Position numbers and translations under genes: made by a program | In this document: positions 1-14,093 of the stretch, in pieces | Layout: each line of letters starts with the position of its first letter | Numbering within the stretch: the first letter of the stretch is position 1 | The notes under the pieces: generated by a model | What the model was told of the DNA's origin: nothing | The model's input: only the letters and a program-made list of their open reading frames with translations | Database searches by the model: none | NCBI RefSeq assembly: GCF_006345805.1 | Contig: NC_043018.1 | Span: 18,352,001 to 18,416,000, forward strand | Source: Octopus sinensis | Lineage: Eukaryota | Direction: 5' to 3' | Length of the DNA: 64,000 nucleotides

Positions 1-1127
1 CCATCTGGGAAATGCAAGCACAAGACCCCACCCAGCCTGGGCATCCCACAAAATGTGTACCTCTTTAAATATTTTCAGCATTACACAGGGGTGGCAGGGG
101 GAACAAAATGCATATTTGATATCAGCAGGATTTGAACTTGGAACATAAAAAGCGAAACCAAATACAGCAAGGCAGTTTTTTTTTCTTGCGCTCTAATACT
201 TCTGCCAGGCCAATGCTCTGATAATAATAATTATATTTATTTATTCTTTAACATTTTGGCATAAAAGCAAAACAAGTGATACAGGCTTGAACCAAATTCA
301 CTGAGTCAAAGAATCTAACGCTCAACCAGACATCATCCCAGGTTGTGAAGGAGGCCACTGTTTCTATGAAAGTCTTTTGTTTGCAGAATTCTTGACAACA
401 GATGGGAGATATATTTAGATTGGCAGCAACTTTCCTTCTTTGTTAGAAGTTTGATTCTTGAAACTAGAAAATTTCAATTGCTCTTTGAATGCAGAGAAAG
501 TCTTCAATTCCTTACAGAGGAAAGAAATCAGCAGCAGTTTCCATTGTCAGATTATTCTTCAGCTTTTTTTTTATAGAGTTTGAATAAATTCATGATGAAT
601 AAATTCAAAAGTTTTAAGATGAAAGAGTGGCAGAGAGAATGGGAAAAATCGGTAAATGCACAAAATGTCAACATGCAAACTACCTGAAATGAAATGAATG
701 AACAGACACTCACGTGCACATTATCAAGGTGCATTGTGGGTAGTTAAACTTTTAAAGCAATTATTTTTGTGCAATTAAGTTTTTATTTTTGTAAAATTTC
801 TAACACATAAAATTGATGTATAATTAAACAGGTGATTAATCAAAGTATTGTTGTATATAAAATAGTCCTGCTAAGCCCTGTATATGCACATATTGTGTTG
901 AATAGATTTAATACAAAAAAAGAACTACTACCAAAACAAAATACAGAATGTTACCAATCTGTGTGCAACGATAAAAATGTGGAATAACAATAACGACAAA
1001 ATAATTTTCTAATGTAAGTCCAAGGTTTGGAATTTTAGGAGAGAGTTGGTTGATTATATCCACACCAGTTCATGATTAATACTTGATTTAAACTTTTATT
1101 AATTGCTGGAGCCAATAAAAAGTACAG

Positions 1128-1330
1128 GTGCTGGTTCCACATAAAAAGCACTTAGTATGTTCTATGAAGTGGTTGGCATTAGGAAGGGCACTCAGCTATA
1201 GAAACCATACCAAAACAGACTATGGGACCTGGTGCAGCTCCTGGCCTTACCAGCTCCTACCAAACCATCCAACCCATGCCAGCATATAAGACAGATATTA
1301 AATGATGATGATGATGATGAGGATGATGAC
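1128..1330 (+). mobile_element. 3' UTR remnant of RTE-clade LINE (family LINE-R) with (GAT)n tail
   Basis: ggttggcattaggaagggc...ccaacccatgccagcat...(gat)n; same family as 55560-56460. Confidence 0.6.
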
Positions 1331-1919
1331 AAAAGAATGGCAAGTCATGTTGACAGTACATGATTAAGATTTAATTAAATTTTATCAACTTGAGAGTGAA
1401 GTAAAGCAAAGATGACTTCAGCAGGATTTGAACCTTGAATATAAAGAACTAGAAAAATAAACCAAAAAATACATCACAAGGCAGTTTGTTTGATGCTCAA
1501 ATGATTCTGACAAAGATGTGGAGGAAGAGGAATAAGACTAGGATGCAGAAGATAATTATTGGTGACAGTGGTGATGGTAAAGAAAGCACTGGTGATGATG
1601 ATGATATCTAATTACAATGTATTTTTTTTTCCGTGGAGTCCTCAAGTTTTGGTATTAATTACACCTTGTGTTGATACCATAACAACTTCTCTAAAAAGTT
1701 TTAAATATTTATATCCTTTGCGTCAGATTTTTCTTCATTTTGTTTTATTTTATATTTTTAATTAATAGATGCATATATTCCTAAGAGTATTTTACCTAAA
1801 CATCTAAATTTTTCATGGTTGAAAACTTACCAGCAACCACTAACCAGAGGAGAGGTGATTATAATTCACAATATAACGACATTTAACAAAGTAATAATAA
1901 ACAACATCAAAACGCAGTG

Positions 1920-3100
<1,181 letters not shown>

Positions 3101-4725
3101 CTGTGAGCAGTAATAAAACCAAACAAATCAATACTTAGTGAATTTCAATCATGACAATTCATTTAGCAATTTTAATTTATCAAATATTTCACATAAATCT
3201 TTCGATGATAAGAAATCCATGCAAATTCTGCCATTCTGCATCACACACAAGCGTACATCGACCAACAGACGTGTGGGTGTTTGTGTGTGTCTTCACAACT
3301 GTGTGTGTGTTTGTGTGTATGTATGTGTGTATGTTTTCAATGGAACCGATTCTTTAAAAGTTGTCTCTCAAGTGAAAAGTAGATAGTGAAATGGTGCAAC
3401 AGATATAAATCAACACCTTTATACCGGAGACAGCCGGTGTCTTCTTACGTAGGAAATGTATCACTAATTTTCTGTAGATAATCAATATTTTAAGAAAGCA
3501 TGAAATCTTCAGCAGACTGAGGACAAAAACAGTCAAAAATAGAAAAAAAAAAATGGTCATTGCAATCGTCGCTTTAATATCCATTTTTCTATGCTTGCAT
3601 GGTGTTTATAGAAGCAGGTTTTTATTTTTCATTCTCTTCAAGGGTGAGTGCCCTCCCCCCTGTTGCCAACTCTCACCTCTTTCTAAGCAAAGCAGGACAT
3701 GCTTTTGGAAAATAACGAAAACAACATACATTTACAACACAATGTAAAGACAAAGAGTTAAAAATATATTCTTTTCTACTCGAGGCACAAGGCCTGAAAT
3801 TTTTTTTTTTTGGTGGGGGAGGGGCGTCGATTAGATTGAGCCCCCAGTATGTAACTGGTACTTAATTTATCGACCCTGAAAGGATGAAAGGCAAAGTCTG
3901 GGGTTATAGTAGGCAACACTTGCTCAAGTTGTCATATAATGACATTGCTTCTCAAACACATGGTTTGGGGTTCAAACATCTTGCCACATTTACACACACA
4001 CACACTGCAATAATTATCTGTCCCTTTTTTTCTGCCATTCTGCATTTGTTTCCCCACTTGTGGGAGCCACGTTTATTTCAGTATTCCACTTGCAACACAT
4101 ATCAAACAAAGATTTCAACATTCTTGGACATTTGAATGTCTTTTCAAATGTTTCCACTTTGTTCTTCTTCAAACTACTTAGATTAGATAACAAGTGGCCA
4201 CTCCATTGAATGACATCCTCACCCCAGTTTGAAGAATCTTGTCTTTGCTTTCCAATTTACTGGACTTAACCAAACATTGCACTTTCTCTCATTGGACGAT
4301 ACTTCACACTTCTTAATATCTATCGAGAAACCTTATGTACAAACAATCCTTAATGTGGTTGTCAAATAATGGTTACATCATACACTTCATATAATTTATG
4401 GACATTCTGCCACTTAGAGACGACGCAGCGCTGCATTCTACAATTGAGATTTCTTAATATTTTCTCAGACAACTTTGGGCTGCTTGGATTAAGTCATTAT
4501 CATCATCATCATCATCATTGTAGACCTATGATGATAATGATGCTTAGAATGGCTCATTCTGCAATGCATGTCAGGATTATTGAATTAGCATGGCAAACAC
4601 CCCTTTAACAAAAGAAGCGTGCAAGTACCATCACAACACTCATGCATGTTAGTTACCCTGCGTGCAGAAAGATGTGCTTCTATGCCAAATTCAACCTACT
4701 TAGGTGCAAAACTCTGGCCTACAGA

Positions 4726-5447
4726 TTAAGCCTTTAGCCTTCAGATTCCTCTGTCAAATGTATTGCTTATTTCTTCACGTTGCCTTGAATTAATTAATCA
4801 CACATTATTTTGTAGCTTCAAAATTTCAATGGTGCGTTTGTTTACTTTTACAATGACATTGTAGGGTAAGTGGGAGAGATTGGATCTCTCTTTCTCTTTT
4901 CTCTTTTACTTGTTTCAGTCATTTGACTGCGGTCATGCTGGAGCACCACCTTTAATCGAGCAACTCGACCCCGGGACTTATTCTTTGTAAGCCCAGTACT
5001 TATTCTATTGGTCTCTTTTGACGAACCGCTAAGTAACGGGGACATAAACACACCAGCATCGGTTGTCAAGCAATGCTAGGAGGACAAACACAGACTCACA
5101 AACATATACACATACACACACATATATACATATACATACATATATACGACAGGCTTCTTCCAGTTTCTGTCTACCAAATCCACTCACAAGGCATTGGTCG
5201 GCCCGGGGCTATAGCAGAAGACACTTGCCCAAGATACCACGCAATGGGACTGAACCCAGAACCATGTGGTTGGTTAGCAAGCTACTTACTACACAGCCAC
5301 TCCTGCGCCTATAGTTTACTTTTGTGTTAGTTTACTTTTACAATGACATTGTAGGGTAAGTGGGAGAGATTGGATCTGGTCAATTTTAGCATAAAACAGG
5401 CGGAATATTTTGGCTGGTTATACCCAGACTAAATGCTAAAGGGTTAA
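4726..5447. mobile_element. piggyBac-like MITE (TTAA...TTAA) interrupted by a SINE-A
   Basis: Ends TTAA-gcctttagc (4726) and gctaaaggg-TTAA (5447); body homologous to 13035-13673 and, inverted, to 13862-14093. Confidence 0.65.
4888..5309 (-). mobile_element. tRNA-derived SINE family A, full length
   Basis: Minus strand: GGCGCAGGAGTGGCTGTG..GG (A box), GGTTCAGTCCC (B box), CORE-like ttgggcaagtgtcttct, internal (TA/CA)n, tail ...gactgaaacaagtaaaagag. Confidence 0.9.
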
Positions 5448-6489
5448 AGTGTACACAGATGGATTTTTTTCCTTATCTATCAAAAGGGGTCCAGGCACTT
5501 TCGCACGCACCCACATGAGGGAACTTCTGCCGACCAAATTCATTCAAAGGGCTTTGGTCAGCCCGAGGCTAGATTTAGTAAGCTTAGTGCAAACATTGAC
5601 CTCAAACCCTAGCTTGATTCAGTTGGTGAGGCGTATTTTTTTTTTAATCTTAGTGAGATGATGATGACAATTGTGATGGTAGCAATGACAACTGATGACA
5701 ATGTTGGTAACTATGGTAACTATGATAGCAACATTTGATAACTATGGCGACGAGTGATGACGATAACTAAGATGGTGATGATGATGATGTTGACAATAGT
5801 GATGATATCTTTTACTTGTTTCAGTTAGACTGTGGCCATGCTGGTGCGCTGCTTTGAAGAATATTAGTTGATCAATCCCAGCAATTATTATTTTTCATGC
5901 CTGATACTTATTCTCTCTCTCTCTCTCTGTCTATCTATCTATCTTTCTCTCTTTATCTCTCTCTCTCTTTCTCTCTCTTTATCTCTCTCTCTCTATCTAT
6001 CTCTCTCTCTTTCGCTCTCTATCTCTCTCTCTCTCTCTCTTGCTGAATTGCTAAGTTACAGGATGTAAACAAACCAACAACAGTCATCAAGTGGTGGTGG
6101 GGAACAAACACAGAAACACACACACAAACACACACACACACACATACACATCCCACGTATATATGTATTAATATAACGACAGGCTTCTTTCAGTTTCCAT
6201 CTTTCAAATCCAATCACCAAAGCTTTGGTCGACCTGAAGTGTCACACCATGGGACTGAACCCAGGATCATGTGGTTGGGAAGTAAACCCCTTACAACCCA
6301 ATCACGCCTGGTGAGAACAAAGATGAAAATAACACAATATTGAAGCAGGGTAATAAATTAATCATCAAATTGCACTAATTACTTCATTCTGCCAGCATCG
6401 TTAATGTCTCGCATCATGGTTGACGTGGTGAGAAGACAAACACAAGTCTTAAAGCAAATTAACCCCAAATATATACAAGAATTCATTTA

Positions 6490-6904
6490 CTCTTCTACTC
6501 TTTTACTTGTTTCAGTCATTTGACTGCGGCCATGCTGGAGCACCGCCTTTAGTCGAGCAAATCGACCCCGGGACTTATTCTTTGTAAGCCCAGTACTTAT
6601 TCTATCGGTCTCTTCGAACCGCTAAGTGACGGGGACATAAACATACCAGCATCGGTTGTCAAGCAATGCTAGGGGGACAAACACAGACACACAAACATAT
6701 ACACACACACTTATATATATATATATATATATACATATATACGACAGGCTTCTTTCAGTTTCCGTCTACCAAATCCACTCACAAGGCTTTGGTCGGCCCG
6801 GGGCTATAGCAGAAGACACTTGCCCAAGATGCCACGCAGTGGGACTGAACCCGGAACCATGTGGTTGGTTAGCAAGCTATTTACCACACAGCCACTCCTG
6901 CGCC
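6490..6904 (-). mobile_element. SINE family A, full length
   Basis: Same head, internal microsatellite and tail as 4888-5309. Confidence 0.9.
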
Positions 6905-6952
6905 TCTGTAACCATTTTAAAATACTCTTGTTTCATTGGGTTTCATCAGAAA

Positions 6953-7349
6953 CTAGCAGTATCGCCCAGCGTTGCTCGGGTTTGTAAGGGAAATAACTAT
7001 ATAAGCATTTTTAGAGATGTAAAGTATAATAACCATCTCAATATGGCTAACCACAAAGGGGGGGGGTGTTACTGTCGCTTTTTACGTTCTGAGATTTAAT
7101 AATAAATTTTTAGAGAATTATTCCCTTATATATGCCAAAAATGCATTAAAAATGGGAAAAATTGATGGTAAATTTTTTTTTTAATCGTAGACTCATCGTA
7201 GACGTGCGCTAATACCCAGAAGGGCTCGATATGAATCATGACTATAAGATATCCGGTTTTGGTTAAACTGCACTGCAAAATGTAGAAGTAGTTAGGAATC
7301 TAAATCGTAGGAGACAGACAGCACACAACCTTACTTTTATATGTAAAGA
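6953..7349 (-). mobile_element. Non-autonomous Helitron, copy 1
   Basis: Minus strand A|TC start (7349), subterminal hairpin cccgagcaacgctggg, CTAG|T end (6953); no TSD; termini shared with 39192-39706. Confidence 0.8.
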
Positions 7350-7695
7350 TTTTAGGAAGTGGACCAAAACATCCACCAGGACACAAAACGTTTATGCAAC
7401 ACCTGGCTTACTTTTAAGTTAGAAATTGCTCAGAGACCGGTAATGCTAACTGAGGTGTGTTTCACAATGGAATTGATTGTTTCACTGGCATACAGTACTG
7501 TAATACTAAACTTTCAGTTGAAAAATGACATGTAGGAAGGAAAAAAATCTCAATGACAAATAAACCTGGAGGGAAAAAAAAATAGAGGCAAAACCAGAAA
7601 AAAAAAAAAGGTGGAAAGGTGAACAGGAAGTAATATCAGATTTTCACACTTGACAAGAAAAAAACAAAAGTGTTTATAGAGAAGTGTTGGCTTAC

Positions 7696-7786
7696 CGCTC
7701 GAGTTTCTGCTTCTCAACCACCTCGAAATTATGACGAACAATATTCTGAGATGCCAAAAAACAATGGCAGACTGCTTTTAGTGATT
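7696..7786 (-). CDS. INPP5F: SAC2/INPP5F internal exon (end of hSac2 domain), 91 nt, phase 1-2
   Basis: Not in the ORF track. Acceptor caattcatttcAG at 7788-7787, donor CG|GTAAGC at 7695-7694. Splices in frame to the 24372 exon (G+AA = Glu) giving ESLKAVCHCFLASQNIVRHNFEVVEKQKLER, matching SAC2 DTLQCIAEML...PIIEKKLERK. Confidence 0.85.
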
Positions 7787-8292
7787 CTGAAATGAATTGA
7801 AAACAAAATTGATTTCTGTTTATTTCAGATTAATTTCCAAAGGTATGAAGTTTCAAGGCCATTATCAGTGACAGGTGTCAATTTTAGTCATGATTTAATA
7901 ACCGGTAAAATAAGGCAGGAATCGGAAACATATATGAATCTGTTGACATCAGGTCATTGCTTAGAATTGCAGAATTAGTCTATGATTTCAAAACTAAGGA
8001 AATAAACAAGAGTACATAAAGTGCAATGTTACTGGCATCTCTGAGTGTAAATATCGATACGGAGTCTGCAGAAGTGTCTGTAAATGGATCTTGATTGTTA
8101 TCAACAATGGAGCATTCGGTTTAGGTGAGGAATTGGTAGGGCTGTTGGACTGTCACGCAGAATGTTTTATATTTGTTTTAACACTGTGTGCTCCAAGTTC
8201 AAATCCTTCTGAGGCAGAGTGAGGTTAAAACTCACAGAGGCCCCAAGCACTTAAAAAATTTCAGTGCCCCTATATATATATAACAGGAAGGT

Positions 8293-8460
8293 TTACAAAA
8301 TAAACAAAAGATGAAGGCAGGTGGAGTACAAACAAAACAAATGTATTAGTATGGCGCTCAGGAATAGAAATAGAACAAGTCTTTTACGTTTCGAGCCTAC
8401 GCTCTTTGACAGAAAGATACACAGAAAAAAAACAAGGAGAGAAACAAGGAGAGAAAAAAA
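8293..8460 (-). mobile_element. Penelope-like pLTR fragment with variant hammerhead motif (8380-8417)
   Basis: Minus strand TCTTT-CTGTCAA-A-GAGC(GTAG)GCTC-GAAA-CGT-A-AAAGA; second copy at 33133-33262. Confidence 0.6.
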
Positions 8461-8614
8461 ATGTGTGTGTGTGTGTGTGTGTGTGCGTATACACGTCATT
8501 CAAAATATAAACAATGATAAACCAGAAAATAAATTTTAATTTTTCAAAATGGAACAAAACTAACAGTAAGATGGAAAATAATATTTATTTCTGTATATTT
8601 TCACTTTATTTATA

Positions 8615-9025
8615 CTCTTACTATCTCTCTTTTACTTGTTTCAGTCATTTTACTGCGGCCATGCTGAAGCACCGCCTTTAATCGAGCAATTCGACCCTGG
8701 GACTTATTCTTTTGTAAGCCCAGTGCTTATTTTATCGGTCTCTTTTGCCGAACCGCTAAGTAACGGGGACATAAACACACCAGCATCGGTTGTCAAGCAA
8801 TGCTAGGGGGACAAACACAGACACACAAACACATACACACACACATATATATATATATATATACATATATACGACAGGCTTCTTTCAGTTTCTGTCTACC
8901 AAATCCACTCACAAGGCTTTGGTCGGCCCGAGGCTATAGTAGAAGACACTTACCCAAGGTGCCACGCAGTGGGACTGAACCCGGAACCATGTGGTTGGTA
9001 AACAAGCTACTTACCACACAGCCAC
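8615..9025 (-). mobile_element. SINE family A
   Basis: Matches the SINE-A consensus seen across the window. Confidence 0.9.
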
Positions 9026-9289
9026 GTTTTCTACTTTTTTTTTTTTAATTGCAAAGTCTTTAATCAGATCCTCTCTATGACACTGTGAACACTTTGAAAT
9101 TATATTTCCGATCATATCAGCCACTTTGAATATTATTTCAACAAGTTTACAGTGATTTCTTTTGTGCCGTAGACCATTTACCATTTTTGTGGTGCCCTAC
9201 CTCCCTTCATGTCCTAAGCATATGCTTATTTGCTTAATGGTTAATCCAGCACTGCTCTAAGGTCATCTTTACCTTCCATCCTTTCAGCA

Positions 9290-9597
9290 ATTTAAAAAGA
9301 TAATTAATAATCCAGTGTGGTGAAGTAGTGAAGGTAAAGCTTCCTTCTTGAGTTGTAAGGATTGATAAGGACCAGTTTCCTGGTTTTTTCCATGGTGTAT
9401 ATACTCCCCACCTGGACAGAATGCCGGTCCCTCACAGAATTACTCACTTTTGCCAGTTGAGCGGACTGGAGCAATGTTAAGTGAAGTGTTTTGCTCAAAA
9501 GCACAACGTGTCGCCCAGTCCAGGAATTGAAACCATAATCCTACAATCATGAATCCAACACCCTAACCACTAGGCCATGTGCCTCCACAATGTGGTA
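9290..9597 (-). mobile_element. tRNA-derived SINE family D
   Basis: Head tggcctagtggttagggtgttgg...ggtttcaattcctgg, then cttttgagcaaaacacttcac..ttgctccagtcc; related to 31986-32330 and 29930-30074. Confidence 0.65.
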
Positions 9598-9689
9598 AAT
9601 CGGTGGAGCAGGAAGAACATCATAGACTGGATACCTTGCAGTGTGTGCTCCAGGTGACTCGTAAAAAGCACGTCCGAACATGGCTGATG

Positions 9690-9972
9690 CCTGCGCCGCC
9701 TGACTAGCATCCGTGTCGGTGGCACGTAAAAGCACCAACTGATTGTGGCAGTTTGCCAGCCTCCTCTGGCACCTGTGCCGGTGGCACGTAAAAGCAACTA
9801 CTACACTCATGGAGTGGTTGGCGTTAGGAAGGGCATCCAGCTGTAGAAACACTGCCAGATCAGACTGGATCCTGGTGCATCCTCCTGGCTTCGCAGACCC
9901 CAGCTGAACCATCCAACCCATGCTAGCATGGAAAAACAGACATGAAACGAGGATAATGATGATGATGATGAT
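9690..9972 (+). mobile_element. LINE-R 3' UTR remnant with (GAT)n tail
   Basis: gtggcacgtaaaagcacc repeats and terminal ccaacccatgctagcatggaaa..(gat)n. Confidence 0.75.
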
Positions 9973-10293
9973 TAGCTGTTATTTCTAGGAAGCAGAATAA
10001 CCATCTAAAAGCCTTCTCACTGGCTCCTATTTTTAGTATCATTTCTATAATTGTATCAATCATTGGTGTTTTTGTGACATTCTACTGGCGCTGTTATAAA
10101 CCATGCTGCTATAACTTAATTCCGGCAACTCATGGAAAATTACAAAGTCTCATAGACGTGTCTAATCGGAACCAATCAAAATAACTTTCCGAAATCCAAA
10201 TTTTTTCCCTTCCTTATTCTTATTGATTTATTTTACAAAAAACTCCAAACTTTTTAACTCTACATATTTTTCTTCAGTTTCAACCATTTTAAT

Positions 10294-10642
10294 ACTCTTT
10301 TACTCTTTTACTTGTTTCAGTCATTTGACTGCGGCCATGCTGGAGCACCACCTTTAGTCGAGCAAATCAACCCCGGGACTTATTCTTTGTAAGCCCAGTA
10401 CTTATTCTATCAGTCTTTTTTGCCGAACCGCTAAGTAACGGGGACATAAACACACCAGCATCGGTTGTCAAGCAATGCTAGGGGGACAAACACAGACACA
10501 TACATATATATATATATACATATATACGACAGGCTTCTTTCAGTTTCCGTCTACCAAATCCACTCACAAGGCATTGGTCGGCCTGAGGATATAGCAGAAG
10601 ACACTTGCCCAAGATGCCACGCAGTGGGACTGAACCCGGAAC
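10294..10642 (-). mobile_element. SINE family A, 5'-truncated
   Basis: Matches the consensus; ends inside the tRNA-like head. Confidence 0.85.
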
Positions 10643-13034
10643 ATTTAATTTTTTGTTTCCTCTCATAATTCGTCAATTTCGATCAAAGTCTGTATATTTG
10701 AGTATGTGGGTGCCATGCATATTTATTTATCCCTTTCTTTTCTCTCTCATGTTGTGTATATCACAGTGGTGATGGTCATGGTGGGTGATCTCTATCATTC
10801 AACAATGGGGATTCAGTTATGCAATCATCTGTGCTGCTCCTGAAATAACATGTAACTGGCTGTGTATACCACAGGTACATGAAATCTTTAACATAATTCT
10901 CAGGTTGTACCTTTCGAATTACAGGTAAATTTAACACCTGCCAGGGTTCTCTACAGTTTCCTTCTATCCAATATCACATGCAAGTTATGGGTTGAGCTGA
11001 GGCTAAAGAAAATGACATCTACCTAAGGTGCCATGCAGTGGGATTGAACCTAGGATCTCATGGTTGCAAAATGCAGCCCCTAGCCATTTGGCCATTGCTA
11101 CATATACATAATTTATTTGTACATGGTAATTAACAAGCATGATGGAATGGCATATATATTGCATGTGTGTGTGTACACTATATATATACCCATGCCAGCA
11201 TGGAAGGTGGATGTTAACCGATGATGATACATATATATGGGTACAGGTGTCACTTTGGTAGAGAATTGAGGTCTCAGGTTCAATTCCCTGTACAGCACCT
11301 TGTGCATCTATCTTCTACTGCAGTCCTGGACTGATCAAAACCTTATGAATGGGATTTGGCATATGGAAACTGAAAGAAGCCTTTTGTATATGCGTAGAGT
11401 GGGGGTATGTGTACCCTTGTCCTGACAATGTGATGTTTGTAAATGTGCAGTACCATCAGACAAGTGATGTCATTTGTTTCTATAAAAACCTATTTGACCA
11501 CTTATATATCCATATAAGGAAATATTTCCTTATATGGAATAGCAACAGGGAAGGCTTCTGGCTGTTGAAAATTTGTCTCAACAAATTCCCTCTAACCTAA
11601 GCAAGCATGGAAAAGTGGCTGTTACATCATATATAATCTCCACAAATTAAACTAATACACCTGCTTGGTGTTCCTACACCTGTCTTTGTCTTTTGTTTTC
11701 TGTAAATTTGAACAATGTATATATATATATATATATATATATATGGTGTGTGGTACTGTTGATAGATTCAGAAAAATAAAGCACTCCATGTATTTTTGTA
11801 CAGTCGTTTTTCAAAATGATAGCAGTGTGTCATTTGTTTCAATAAAATCTGTTCTCAGTCCATTCTAGTCATTCTTGTAATTTTCTGCTAAAAATAACAG
11901 CCAAAACCTCCCTTGAATCATGCTCATAAAAAAAAGAAAAACAAACAAAGGATGTGTTGGGTGGTCATAGAAAGAATGTCTGATTATATGTTTGCTTGAC
12001 CAGAGTTAGACAACTACAAGTGTTTCAACAAACCTAACATAAAAGTTAGTTGTAGCCGTCTCGTAAACATCATCATCATTGATGATTTAATGCAACAGAA
12101 TTAATAATACAGCTAGAATGTTACTGAAATAACAATGATGTCCGTTCTACTTAATGTTGGGATATTCACAAAGTTACTAGTGAACTCAGCCAAAGAATAA
12201 TCTGTAGATGCTAATGAAATTACAGCATCTTAAGTTGAGAAGACTCACTACTACACAACCTAACTCTTGCATCTTCTTCCATCTTCCACATCTTATTTTT
12301 ACTGTTTGCTCATTATCTGTTTTTATTTTTGTCATTCTCTTGTTTTTATATTTCTTTATTATTTTCTCTCTTTTCCATTATCCTTTTTCTTTGTCTCACA
12401 TTTTCTTTCTTTTATCTCTCTCTCTCTCTCTCCCACATATCTCTCTCTCTTTCGGAGAGGCACTGAGCAGCTATACGCACACATACACATACGGCAGTAA
12501 CTTCCACCCACCGAATTCAATCACAAAGCTCCGGTCGGCTCGGGGCTATAGTGGAAGACACCTACCCAAAGTGCCACGCAGTGGGACTGAACTCGAAACC
12601 ATGTAGCTAGGAAGCAAGCTCCCTAACCACACAGCCATGCCCGGCTTCCATCTATTACTTTTAGTCCAACAGTAAACTTGCTCTGTCACTTTTTATTTTA
12701 CATCTATTCCCATATCTAGATCTCTTGCAAGCCATCAAGTTCCAAATATTACACAAGTTAAATTTTTACATTTAAGTATTTAAATGCCAGAATCACTGTC
12801 CACAGAAGTTGTCTTAATTTGACAAAACTTACAATATCTAGAGAAGCTTGAAAATTTAAAGAAATCCTTTAAACATGATAATAAATAGGAAAACAATATA
12901 TTGAGTAACACTGAAATAAACTCTCATACGCAAATCATTGATTTATATTATTGAAAATGTTAAAATGTTATAGCATTGTTATTTTCTGGTAATTTCAAAA
13001 GATTTTGTTACAAGTATTGACCAGGGAACCTCTA

Positions 13035-13673
13035 TTAACCCTTCAGTATTCAGATTTTTTCTGTCAAATGCAATTCTTATTCATTTAGCGTTTTGTATTA
13101 ATCATGCATTATGTCGTTGCTTTGAGATTTCAATGATGTGATCGCTTATTTTTAGAATGACAAAAGGCGGTGAGCTGGCAGAAACATTAGCACTCTGGGC
13201 AAAATGCTTTGCGGTATTTCGTCTGCCGTTACGTTCTGAGTTCAAATTCTGCCAAGGTCGACTTTGCCTTTCATCCTTTCGGGGTCGATAAATTAAGTAC
13301 CAGTTACACACTAGGGTCGATATAATCGACTTAATCTGTTTGTCTGTCCTTGTTTGTCCTCTCTGTGTTTAGCCCCTTGTGGGTAGTAAAGAAATAGGTA
13401 TTTCGTCTGCCGCTACGTTCTGAGTTCAAATTCCACCGAAGTAGACTTTGCCTTTCATCCTTTCAGGGTCGATAAATTAAGTACCAGTTACACACTGGGG
13501 TCGATATAATCGACTTAATATGTTTGTCTGTCCTTGTTTGTCCTCTCTGTGTTTAGCCCATTGTGGGTAGTAAAGAAATATATTTTTAGAATGACATTGT
13601 AAGGTAGGTGTGGCCAGTTTTAGCATAAAAAGAATATTTCGGCCAGGTGTGGTCAGTCTAAATGTTAAAAATT
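13035..13673. mobile_element. piggyBac-like MITE interrupted by the SINE-B dimer
   Basis: TTAACCCTT start at 13035; body homologous to 4726-5447; right end degenerate. Confidence 0.55.
13163..13580 (+). mobile_element. SINE family B, head plus two tandem body units
   Basis: aaggcggtgagctggcag head, two ggtatttcgtctg...gtagtaaagaaata units; 16-bp TSD tatttttagaatgaca (13147-13162, 13581-13596). Confidence 0.85.
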
Positions 13674-13861
13674 GTGGTCTAAAAGGTTGTCAGATACATT
13701 AGTTCGTTCTCATAACTCTCACTACATAAATACATCATCATTCAGTGTTCAGTTACCATGCTGGCATGGGTTGGACTAATACATTTATCTAAATTGCTCG
13801 AGACCAAGAACTGACCTTTTAACAAAGTCATCTATGTACCATACTTAAAATATGTACATCA

Positions 13862-14093
13862 GTAACCCTTTGGCATTTAAACGAATCATATCTAATTCAA
13901 ATATTCAATGTTTTATGTTCAAATCAGTCAGATTTGGCCTCCTACGTCTACTTTACAATGTTATTCTAAAAATAAACAATCACATCATCTGAATTTTGAA
14001 GCAACCAAGTAATAATAATGCATGATTAATTCAGAACAAGGTGAATAAATAAGCATTACATTTGATAGAGTAAACTGAATGCTTAAAAGTTAC
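13862..14093. mobile_element. piggyBac-like MITE, uninterrupted inverted copy
   Basis: Reverse-complement homology to the body of 4726-5447; degenerate taaccctt...aaaagtta ends. Confidence 0.5.

Noticed and set aside
578-651. Plus-strand exon-like segment with AG/GT boundaries (also 33860-33955)
   Set aside because: No recognisable protein similarity or partner exons; such sites are frequent by chance.
4010-4260. About 80-codon minus-strand open stretch (..WSGHLLSNLSSLKKNKVETF..) faintly like SAC2 FLMSKFSSLNQKVK; possible next exon
   Set aside because: No convincing phase-2 acceptor in that frame; the similarity is too short, and neighbouring frames look like a decayed TE.
5063-5330. Recurrent short ORFs such as MLGGQTQTH.. 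/ ..RQASFSFRLPNPLTRHWSARG..
   Set aside because: Translations of SINE-A copies, repeated throughout the window.
6930-6952. Isolated CTGATGA heptamers (also near 25212, 35668, 44027, 51082)
   Set aside because: No helix II/GAAA/NUH geometry; expected by chance in AT-rich DNA.
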